DNA from: Syntrophaceae bacterium CG2_30_58_14
Lineage (GTDB): Bacteria; Desulfobacterota; Syntrophia; Syntrophales; UBA5619
Direction of reading: 5' to 3'
NCBI GenBank assembly: GCA_001873745.1
Contig: MNZQ01000116.1
Coordinates: 308-64,307 of the forward strand
DNA length: 64,000 nucleotides
The notes below the pieces were generated by a model that did not search any database, was not told the origin of the DNA, and worked only from the letters and a program-made list of their open reading frames with translations. Shown here in pieces: positions 52,227-60,600 of the stretch (positions within the stretch are counted from its first letter, which is position 1; the number at the start of each line of letters is the position of its first letter). The position numbers and the translations under genes are program-made.

Positions 52227-52941
52227 ATTTCTCTCCCAGGTATGCCTTGATCACATCTTCGTTTTTGACAATTTCACCGGGCAGACCCTCCGCAATCTTT
52301 TCGCCATAATCAAGTACAATGACACGATGGGAAACAGACATAACCATCTCCATAATATGCTCGATAAGAATGAGTGTTACCCCTTTTTCGGCGTTGAGTC
52401 TCCTCAGAAGCAATACCAGTTCATCCGTCTCCGTGCGGTTTAAGCCTGATGCGACTTCGTCAAGCATAAGCAATTCAGGTTTTGTCGCCAATGTCCTGGC
52501 AAGCCCTACCTTTCTCTGCATTGCAATGGGTAATTCATTCAGATGATATTCTTTTACGCTTTCCAGTCCAAGAAAGTTGAGCACCTCAGAGGCCTCTGAC
52601 TGTGCCGTATGACGGTCATCGGTCCTGCAGAATGCACCTACCATGACATTTTCGATGACGCTCATGCCAGTTGTTACCGTCATAACCTGAAATGTCCTGC
52701 CGATACCCGCCCTGTTCGTGTCAAAGGGTCTCAATCCCGTTATGTCCTTTTCTTTAAAAATCACCTTTCCTGAATCGGGTTTATAATAACCGACAATGCA
52801 GTTGAAGAGGGTTGTTTTCCCGGCGCCATTGGGGCCGATAAGACCAATGATCTCACCCTGTTCGATCTGGAACGAGACGTTGTTGTTTGCCACAAGTCCG
52901 CCAAAATTTTTTACGATGTTCGATATTTCAAGAAATGCCAC
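52210..52941 (-). CDS. livG: Branched-chain-amino-acid-type ABC transporter ATP-binding protein (LivG-like)
   Basis: KNFGGLVANNNVSF, GPNGAGKTTLFNCI; 243 aa. Confidence 0.88.
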   Translation of the reverse strand: MAFLEISNIVKNFGGLVANNNVSFQIEQGEIIGLIGPNGAGKTTLFNCIVGYYKPDSGKVIFKEKDITGLRPFDTNRAGIGRTFQVMTVTTGMSVIENVMVGAFCRTDDRHTAQSEASEVLNFLGLESVKEYHLNELPIAMQRKVGLARTLATKPELLMLDEVASGLNRTETDELVLLLRRLNAEKGVTLILIEHIMEMVMSVSHRVIVLDYGEKIAEGLPGEIVKNEDVIKAYLGEKYAKSH

Positions 52942-52943
52942 AA

Positions 52944-53942
52944 TCAGCTCCCTTTTCTTCTGAACTGTTCGATGATGCCCCAGATACCCCTCGGTTGATA
53001 GGCAGAGACCACCATGATAAGCATTGCATAGATCATGAAATCAAGGCCGATCAACCCTCCATGGCCGCCAAGCCAGCTTCCGAGGAAACGGTCAAGGGGA
53101 ACGAGAAAGGCAGCGCCAATAGTAGGCCCCCAGAGGGAACCTGCCCCTCCGAGCATTGCCATGAGGGCAATTTTAATAGAAAGGTCTAAGTCCATGACAG
53201 AAACAGGGTCTATGTAGAGGTTGTAAACGGCCATAAACCCACCGCCAACGGCAACAAAGGCTGAGGCAATGGAGTATGCCTTTATCTTGCACCAGCGTGT
53301 ATCTATGCCAAGGCTTTCAGCGGCATCCTCGTCATCTTTTATCATCCTTAACTGATAACCCAGTTTTGATCTGCGGAACCAGTTCATGTAGAAGATGGCC
53401 ACATAAAAAAGTACCATAATGAAGTAGTAGTAATATGTGTCGGATTTGAACTGCATGTAGAGAAAATCAGGATGGTCATGTATCGGAAGCTCTATCCCTT
53501 TGGCGGCGCCTACCAGTTTCCAGTTTGCAAAAATATCCTGCAACACGAGGGATGTAGCGATCGTGGCAATAGCAAAGTAATGCCCTTTAAGACGGAATAA
53601 GGGATAGCCGATCATGAAGGAATAACCAACGGCAAGCAGAATCCCCATGGGCATGGATACCCAGAACGGGATTTTCCACCACACCATGGTAAGGGCCACA
53701 GTATATGCGCCGATTCCCACATATTGGGCCTTGCCGAGCTCTACCTGTCCACCATATCCGCCTACGGTATTCCATCCCATTCCAAAGAGGGAGAACAGGA
53801 GGAATTGAATCATGACCGCCTTTACGAATGACCCCGCACCAAGCCAGGGAAAGAGGAGCAGAAAGATGGAAAAGATGGTAAAACCGACCTGCTCGGCCCT
53901 CGAAAAGTCTCTGAAATCTAAGGCGTCCTTTAGTTTTTCCAT
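52944..53942 (-). CDS. livM: ABC transporter permease (LivM-like)
   Basis: 332-aa polytopic protein in the LivH/LivM family context. Confidence 0.85.
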   Translation of the reverse strand: MEKLKDALDFRDFSRAEQVGFTIFSIFLLLFPWLGAGSFVKAVMIQFLLFSLFGMGWNTVGGYGGQVELGKAQYVGIGAYTVALTMVWWKIPFWVSMPMGILLAVGYSFMIGYPLFRLKGHYFAIATIATSLVLQDIFANWKLVGAAKGIELPIHDHPDFLYMQFKSDTYYYYFIMVLFYVAIFYMNWFRRSKLGYQLRMIKDDEDAAESLGIDTRWCKIKAYSIASAFVAVGGGFMAVYNLYIDPVSVMDLDLSIKIALMAMLGGAGSLWGPTIGAAFLVPLDRFLGSWLGGHGGLIGLDFMIYAMLIMVVSAYQPRGIWGIIEQFRRKGS

Positions 53943-54817
53943 CCAAATAACCCCTGAGGTCTGAAAACGACAATGATAAAATAAGCAAGATAGACTATGG
54001 TAAATTTAAAATGAGGACCGAGGAAATCCGAGTTCACGAGAGAACCGAAGACGGGGAAAACCATTTCGAGAATGCCTACAAGTAAACCGGCGAAAAAGAC
54101 CCCTTTAATGCTCCCGAACCCGCCCAGAGCGACACAGGCAAAAGCGATCATGACAAAGAGAATACCTATCGTGGGGTAGATGTAATAGAAATTCGCCAGC
54201 AAACCCCCGGCAATACCAACTGTACCACCGCCTATAGCCCATGCAATGGCATTCATTTTGTCTGTCTTGATGCCCATATAAGAAGCGGCTTCTTTGTTTA
54301 TCGATGTTGCCTGGAGGGCCTTTCCTGTTTTTGTTTTATTGAGAAAATAGTATACGAATGCGAAGGCAAACAGACTGAGTATACCCGCAGCAAGTTTTGT
54401 CCAGTCAAAGATGAAGGGACCGATGGAGAGGGACTTTCCAATCAGGAGACCCTTCTGGATGATCCGATAATCTATTCCAAAGAGGAACTGTGCAAGGTAT
54501 CGAAGAAAGAGCATGAGACCGAAGGTCCCGAAGAGCTGAGCGATTGCAGGGCCACGGAGGAGATACCTGATCAGGCTGTAATAGGACGCTATGCCGAGCA
54601 GAACCCCTACAAGGGCAGCTACAGGCAGTGTAAGAAGGGGATCGATGTCAAGGAGGAGACTCGTCCAGTACGTGGTGTACATACCGATCATAAGGAATTC
54701 GCCATGGGCGAAGTTGACTATGTTCATAACGCCGAAAATAATGTTCAACCCAAGGGCAACAAGGGCAAAAAGAAGCCCCATCAGTATTCCCTGTAATAAT
54801 GCATCAATTAAAGCCAT
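53930..54817 (-). CDS. livH: ABC transporter permease (LivH-like)
   Basis: MALIDALLQGILMGLLFALVALGLNIIFGVMNIVNFAHGEF... Confidence 0.87.
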   Translation of the reverse strand: MALIDALLQGILMGLLFALVALGLNIIFGVMNIVNFAHGEFLMIGMYTTYWTSLLLDIDPLLTLPVAALVGVLLGIASYYSLIRYLLRGPAIAQLFGTFGLMLFLRYLAQFLFGIDYRIIQKGLLIGKSLSIGPFIFDWTKLAAGILSLFAFAFVYYFLNKTKTGKALQATSINKEAASYMGIKTDKMNAIAWAIGGGTVGIAGGLLANFYYIYPTIGILFVMIAFACVALGGFGSIKGVFFAGLLVGILEMVFPVFGSLVNSDFLGPHFKFTIVYLAYFIIVVFRPQGLFGWKN

Positions 54818-54842
54818 GGAGTATTGTTTCCTTAAAAAATGA

Positions 54843-54914
54843 TCAGTTATCAGCGGTCAGCAGTCAGCAACTTCCTAATGCTGAATGCTTGAATGCTGAC
54901 CGCTGAATGCTTAC
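54843..54914. repeat. Heptamer array forming a long hairpin: 4 x TCAGNNN, an 8-nt loop, then 5 inverted (N)NGCTGA-type units
   Basis: TCAGTTA TCAGCGG TCAGCAG TCAGCAA cttcctaa TGCTGAA TGCTTGAA TGCTGAC CGCTGAA TGCTTAC. TCAGCGGTCAGCA (54850-62) pairs perfectly with TGCTGACCGCTGA (54894-906). Confidence 0.85.
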
Positions 54915-54918
54915 AACG

Positions 54919-56220
54919 TTATTTCCATCCCGGGAATGGATAGATCATATTGGCAGTGGCAAGCTCAAAGGGGTAAATGATCTCGAGATCGATCATGCCT
55001 TCTTTGGTCTTCTGGTACTGCCCGATAAGACCTCTGCCGAGAATGTTCTGGCCGGTGGCATCGAATTTAACGCCTGCCCATGGCATAACCAGATCATTAG
55101 CGGGGATATTGATCTCATTGCATGCCTTCTGGATAGCCTTGGGGTCAGTTGAACCGGCTTTATTCAGAACGTATGCCCATGTCTGGACCCCTACGACTGA
55201 CCGGGCAGTGGCTCCTGTAAGGTCATCGCCATATTTTTTCTTATAAAGGGCATTGACCTGACCTGCAACCTTTTTTACCTTTGCAATCTTTGCGATAAAG
55301 ACTGTTCTCGTCAGAACACCGTTTGTGTCTGTGCCAAGTGTTTTAACAAAATCAGCCATTTCAAAGCCGGCATCCTGTCCCCAGAAAAAGTTCGTTGATG
55401 CCTTCATACCCTTCAAGGTTCTGATCATGAGGAGCGAGTCAGAGAGGTAAGATGCAAAAAGCATAACATCCGGTTTTACAGAAACAAGGGCCTTTGCTTC
55501 GGAGGTGAGGTCGGGCGAGTTTGCATTGTAGAGTATCCTTTTCGTTATATTGAAACCGTACTCTTTTGCAAATCCCTCTATTGATTTTGCTACACTTGAA
55601 CCCCATTCGGTATTTTCACAGGCATAGGCAACGTTCTTAAGCTGATCTTTAGGAAAGGCCTTAACACCCTTTACCTTTCCTTCTGTCAACCCCTTGAGAA
55701 GCTCAAAAAGGTCTTTGTTAAAAATATCATCATGGGGTGTTGTACGCCAGAACCATTTCAATCCTCTTTTTGTAAGTTCGGGTGATGTCGATGAATCATT
55801 GATCATGGGGATTCCATGGCGCTCGGCCACAGCACTGACGGTCTTTGTAACTGAGCTATGGTAGGCGCCCATTAACCCGACAACTTTGTCGTCAAGAATA
55901 AGTCTTTTTGCAAGGTCTGCTCCACGGTCAGGCTCGCCCCGATGGTCTGCAAAGATCAGTTTGATTTTAGCGCCACCTAAATTCGGTATCCCACCCCACT
56001 GTGCCATGGGTATATCAACGCCAGGAGTTTTATTATTGATAATCTCTGCGGTCAGCTCTGCTGCCCTCTGAAGGTCTCTCCCGATTGTAGCTGCTGCCCC
56101 TGAGAGCGGATAGAGAACACCGATCCTAATCTCTTTTTCCTGCGCAAAAAGCGGAGGAAAAAGAAAAAGAAGAGACAAGAACACAACGATGAAAAAAAGA
56201 ACTGTTTTCCGGTATTTCAT
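54919..56220 (-). CDS. ABC transporter substrate-binding protein (type-1 periplasmic binding fold, Leu/Ile/Val-binding family)
   Basis: MKYRKTVLFFIVVFLSLLFLFPPLFAQEKEIRIGVLYPLSGAAA... signal peptide. ATG at 56220 is preceded by AGGAGG; the ORF-track start at 56262 adds 14 aa. Confidence 0.85.
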   Translation of the reverse strand: MKYRKTVLFFIVVFLSLLFLFPPLFAQEKEIRIGVLYPLSGAAATIGRDLQRAAELTAEIINNKTPGVDIPMAQWGGIPNLGGAKIKLIFADHRGEPDRGADLAKRLILDDKVVGLMGAYHSSVTKTVSAVAERHGIPMINDSSTSPELTKRGLKWFWRTTPHDDIFNKDLFELLKGLTEGKVKGVKAFPKDQLKNVAYACENTEWGSSVAKSIEGFAKEYGFNITKRILYNANSPDLTSEAKALVSVKPDVMLFASYLSDSLLMIRTLKGMKASTNFFWGQDAGFEMADFVKTLGTDTNGVLTRTVFIAKIAKVKKVAGQVNALYKKKYGDDLTGATARSVVGVQTWAYVLNKAGSTDPKAIQKACNEINIPANDLVMPWAGVKFDATGQNILGRGLIGQYQKTKEGMIDLEIIYPFELATANMIYPFPGWK

Positions 56221-56624
56221 TGTACTACCTCCTGTAGTGTTTTGATCATATTTTCGCTTCATTGTTCCCTCCCGATTCTTGTATTATGATTTTCGATGCA
56301 TCCATACGTATCTCATGCCGAAATCATGGCTTTCCGCCTCTCTTTCCAACCACCCCCTTCCATAGATTACACGGCACTGCTCAAAGGAACATATAACGGC
56401 TCAGAATCCAGGATTCAAAATTCAGCAGAATGGTAACCCTGTAAATCACCAGCAACTTGCTGGCTTATTCCGACAAATGCGCCCTTATGCCATGCCCTCT
56501 AATCCCGAAAATCCTTAGCGGTCTTCCTATGAATCTCCATCCTGAATTCAAGCCCCTGGCTTCTGAGTGGCACAGCAATTTCATCCTTAAATCCCACGGG
56601 GCGCCCCGGGTTATTTAAAAAAAG

Positions 56625-57419
56625 TCAGGAAATGGCCATTTCTTCTATTTTTATATCTGTAATGAACATATGACAGGGTTTATGGGTAATCATGAACGGA
56701 ACCTTTGATTTCATTGCTGCCAGTTGCGGAGTAACACCGCAACCCCAAAAAACAGGCACATCCCCCCTGTCGATTACGGGAGGTTCGCCAAAGTCAACCT
56801 TTTCAAGATGCGTGATTCCGATTGGCTCCCCATTGCCAATATGGACGGGCGCGCCATGCGCTTTAGGAAATCTCGAGGTTATCTGAACCGTCCGTGCAAC
56901 AAGATGGCCAGGAATCGGTCTCATAGTGACTACCATGGGCCCCCAAAAAACCCCGGCTGACCGGCACATGACTGAACTGATATATACGCCTGGATCTTTT
57001 TGCTGGAGATAATTCTTTACGGGAACCCCTCCCCGAACCAGGGCTTCTTCAAAGGTATAACTGCAACCGATTAAATAAGTTACAAGATCGTCACGCCATA
57101 AATTGGTGATCTCTGTTCTTTCCTCGACCAGTTTTGAATCCTTGAAGATGCAATATTTCGGGATATCGGTGCGGATGTCCGCATCGGGAGCTGCTTCCTG
57201 TACAATAGGGTTTCCCGGATCAAGGATTTCAATGATCGGGCAAGGCTGGGGATTCCTCAAACAAAAGATGGTAAAATCGAGAGCGAATTCCCTCGGGAGG
57301 ATAACGAGATTGGCTTGGACATAGCCGGGACAGGCCCCACTGGTAGATTTTTGCCATTTGCCCTGTCTAATTTGATCGCGGAACTTCCCGGGATCTTGTT
57401 CTTGTCTTTCGTTACACAT
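56625..57419 (-). CDS. DUF1445 / UPF0317 putative hydro-lyase (D-glutamate cyclase family)
   Basis: 264 aa; FRDQIRQGKWQKSTSGACPGYVQANLVILPREFALDFTIFCLRNPQPCPII is the family signature as I recall it. Confidence 0.75.
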   Translation of the reverse strand: MCNERQEQDPGKFRDQIRQGKWQKSTSGACPGYVQANLVILPREFALDFTIFCLRNPQPCPIIEILDPGNPIVQEAAPDADIRTDIPKYCIFKDSKLVEERTEITNLWRDDLVTYLIGCSYTFEEALVRGGVPVKNYLQQKDPGVYISSVMCRSAGVFWGPMVVTMRPIPGHLVARTVQITSRFPKAHGAPVHIGNGEPIGITHLEKVDFGEPPVIDRGDVPVFWGCGVTPQLAAMKSKVPFMITHKPCHMFITDIKIEEMAIS

Positions 57420-57442
57420 AATAGCACCTTACCTGAATCCGT

Positions 57443-57458
57443 GGCATAAAATGTGCCT
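57443..57458 (-). promoter_or_regulatory. Candidate sigma-54 (-24/-12) promoter for the DUF1445-ABC unit
   Basis: Minus strand aGGCACattttaTGCc has GG and GC at the canonical spacing (consensus TGGCAC-N5-TTGC), about 24 nt upstream of the DUF1445 ATG. No enhancer-binding protein gene is present in the window. Confidence 0.3.
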
Positions 57459-57675
57459 AAAGCCTCGTAACTATTCAGCCCCTCCATTAATTTATAATTT
57501 ATTTACCTCTCACCCTCCCCCCTAAAAAAGTCAAGGGATTTTTTTAAATTTTACTGATTGAATCCACGGCTTTATTTTGCGCGGTCCGGTTTTCCTGTTT
57601 TTCAGCACCGCTTCTTGGACGACTTCGCAAAAAGTCGAGATCACCCCCCCGAGATTTCCTCCCCGATTTTTTCTC

Positions 57676-60600
57676 TTAAATCCTCCGGCAGCCGGGGCCG
57701 GTCAGGCTGCTTCGCCCCCCGGTCCCGGGGGTGACCTGGATCTGCGTGCCGATGCGCTCCTTGAGCGCCGGGACGTGCGAGATGACGCCGATCAGCTTGC
57801 CTTCCTGGTGCAGTCCCGCCAGCGTCGAAAGCGCCGTTTCGAGGGTCTCGTCGTCGAGGGTTCCGAACCCTTCATCGAGGAAGAGAGAATCCACGCGCAC
57901 ATTCCGGCTCGCCATCTGCGAGAGGCCGAGCGCCAGAGCCAGGCTGACGATGAAGCTTTCGCCGCCGGAGAGATTCTTCGTGGAACGGATCTCGCCCGCC
58001 TGATAGTTGTCGATGACGTTCAGTTCCAGCGGTTGCAACGGGTCGCGGATGAGCATGTAGCGGTCCGTCATCTTCTTTAGCTGGAGGTTGGCATGCACCG
58101 TCATCCTCTCGAAGGTCAGCCCCTGGGCAAAGTTCCGGAATTTCTTGCCGTCAGCGGAGCCAATGAGCAGATGCAGGTCGTCCCAACGGGCGCACTCCTT
58201 TTTCCGGGCGTCCAGGGTCCGGAGGCGATCCTGCTGCTTTTCCTTCAATTTCTCATTTTCACCCAGACTGTTTGTGATTCCGCCGATATCGACCCGGATC
58301 TGTCTTAAGCTTGAATCACAGGCGCCGATCGTTTCCCGAAGCGTCTCGACGGGCTGATCCGTCAAGCGTCTCTCCCGTTCGGCGGCCAGCGCCTCCGATC
58401 GGTCCCTCCGGCGGGCGTCCAGTTCCGTTTTCTCCTTGACCAGGGCCTTTTCCCGCGCCGCGAGACTCTCCCGCGCCTCTTCGGTCAGGCAGGCGGACCG
58501 ATAGCCGGCCTCGTCCTCGAACCCCGCCTTGATGATCCGCTCCGTTAGGTTCGCCTCCGCCTGCGCCAGTTCCCCCGCCCGCTTTCCCGTCTTTTCCTGC
58601 AACAGCGCGATTTTCTCCTTCAGGGCGCCGATCTCTTTTTCCATTCGCCCGTACTCTTCGCGCGCCTTTTCAAAAACCTTTCCCGCCCGCTCCACAGCCT
58701 CCGCCAGCCACTTTTCCTCCTGGTCGGCGTTCCTCTCCCCGAAGAGTTCCCGGCGGGAGGCGCTAAGGGATTGAACCTGCATGAGCAGGTCGTCGCGATC
58801 CTTGCGCCTTGCGGCGAGATCCCTTTCGAGGCTCGAAAGCAGCGCGTTGTCCTTGTCCAGCGCGGCCTTCAGATCGCCGATCCCCTTCTCCGCGGCGGTT
58901 TTTTCATCCTGCCTTGTCTGCCACGCCTCTCTGCGCCCGGTGAGCTCCCGCAACAGGGCGTCGATTCCGGTTACGGGAATCTGCGTGATCCCGAAGGGTT
59001 CCACTCCCTTGAGCGCAGCCGTGCGGGCCTTTCGAGCCTCCTCCCCCAGGATTTCCTGCTCCCGGATCAACCGTTCATACTCCCGACCGGCCGTCTCCCG
59101 TTGATGCCGCGCCTCCTGCAAGGCCTTGTCCGACTTCTCGGATCCCGTCCTCAACTTCTCCAGGGCCGTTTGCGCCGCCTTCTCTCTTTTGCTTTTCTCT
59201 TCCGCAACGGAAACAATGCCGGAAGTTTCGGCCATTTTCAACCGGACATCGGCAAGAGCCGCGCATATGGGGACAGATTTAAAATCTGTCCCCATATGCG
59301 CGATACCCAGCTTCAGCAGCGCTTCACCACACGCCTTTTCGTCCGCATCCCGTGCGGCCCTTTTCTCCCCCATCTCTTTTTCCGCATGCCCGATCTCCGC
59401 CGCTGTTTTAACCTGCTCGGTTTCCAGTCTTCCCAGCGTCTCGGAGGTCTTTTTGTATTCGGCCTTTCTCTTTTTTAGCCCCGCTTCCGCCCTGTTCAAT
59501 TCGGGGAGATTGCCCTTCGCGTAAGGATGATCGGTGGCGCCGCACAGGGGGCACGGCCTGCCGTCCTCCAGCCGCTTCCGTTCCTCCTCGAGGTCGCGGA
59601 TCCGTCCAAGGAGAGCGACCTCCGTTTCGAGGGTTCCGATTCCCTTTTCCAGGACCGCTTTTTGCCCCGAGCAGGACTGGATCTCACCCGAGATCTTCTG
59701 ATGACCGTTATGGAAGGCTTCAAGGACCGTTTTCAGGCCTTCCAGCGCCCGACCCGTCTTGTCGATCCGGTCGATCATTTCGCCCGCTTGAATCAGAAGA
59801 CGCTCGCGCTCCTTCAGCGCATCCACCCGATCGCGCCACCGGCCGATGTCAGATCCTTTGAGGATGGCCGCGAGCTCAACGGTTAGACGCCGAAGTTCCG
59901 TCTGCCCCTTCTCGAATTCCCGGCGGGATTTCTCATGGTCGGTTTCGAGCTTGCCGCAGGTTAAACCGGCCGACGCCTTTTTCCCGTCTGCCGCGGCAAC
60001 CGCTTTCTTCGCCTTGATCTGCTTCGCCTCAGAGTCGCGAAGCGACTCGAATTCCCTTGCGATTACGGCGAGGTTGGTCAAAAGCGCGGCATCGGCGGCG
60101 TGTCCAGCCAGGTAGTCCCGGATCGCTTTTAGGTCGCCCTGCGCCTTTTTCAGCGCCCGTTCGAGATGTTCGATGTTGCTTTTAAATCCCCTCCCCTGCC
60201 GCTCGCCATCCCCGATCGCCTTGACCTTCTCTGCGACCTGTTTTTTCTGCTCCCCCAGCCTGGCATCGAGCTCGCGCACCTTCTTGAGGAGCTCCGCTTC
60301 GACGACCTGCCGGGAGCGCGCCTCGGTCAAACCGGCTTCCGCGGCCTGTTTCCGATTCAGCGCAGCGGCGCATGCCTTCTCCTTTTCGGGCCGTGTGGCG
60401 GCGGCGCCGGCGAGCTCCCCGGTTTCACTCCCCTGCTGAATCCGCAGCGCGGCCACCCCCCGGTAATCGCCTTCCAGACCGAGGGCCTTGCGGGATTTCG
60501 CCAATCGGATCGATTCCGGCGCAAAGGCAAGCCTGCGCTCCTCGAAATCCAGCAGCAGCCCGTCCAGTTCCGTGATCTCCCTCTCCAGGGCGGCCACCCG

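Noticed and set aside
56568-56583. Plus-strand TGGCACagcaaTTTCA, a near-consensus sigma-54 promoter.
   Set aside because: It points into the antisense of the DUF1445 gene with no plus-strand ORF downstream, and it has TTTC instead of TTGC at -12. It is probably fortuitous.
57257-57487. 76-aa minus-strand ORF overlapping the 5' end of the DUF1445 gene out of frame.
   Set aside because: There is no RBS, it lies across the putative promoter, and it has no recognisable motif. It is likely a chance ORF in AT-rich sequence.
51495-57535. CCCTTGATTTTTG (about 51498-51510, + strand) and CCCTTGACTTTTT (about 57523-57535, - strand), read as possible inverted terminal repeats of the low-GC islet.
   Set aside because: There is only about 7 nt of real identity plus a T-run. 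The right-hand copy also looks like a -35 TTGAC element. This is too short to support a mobile-element boundary.
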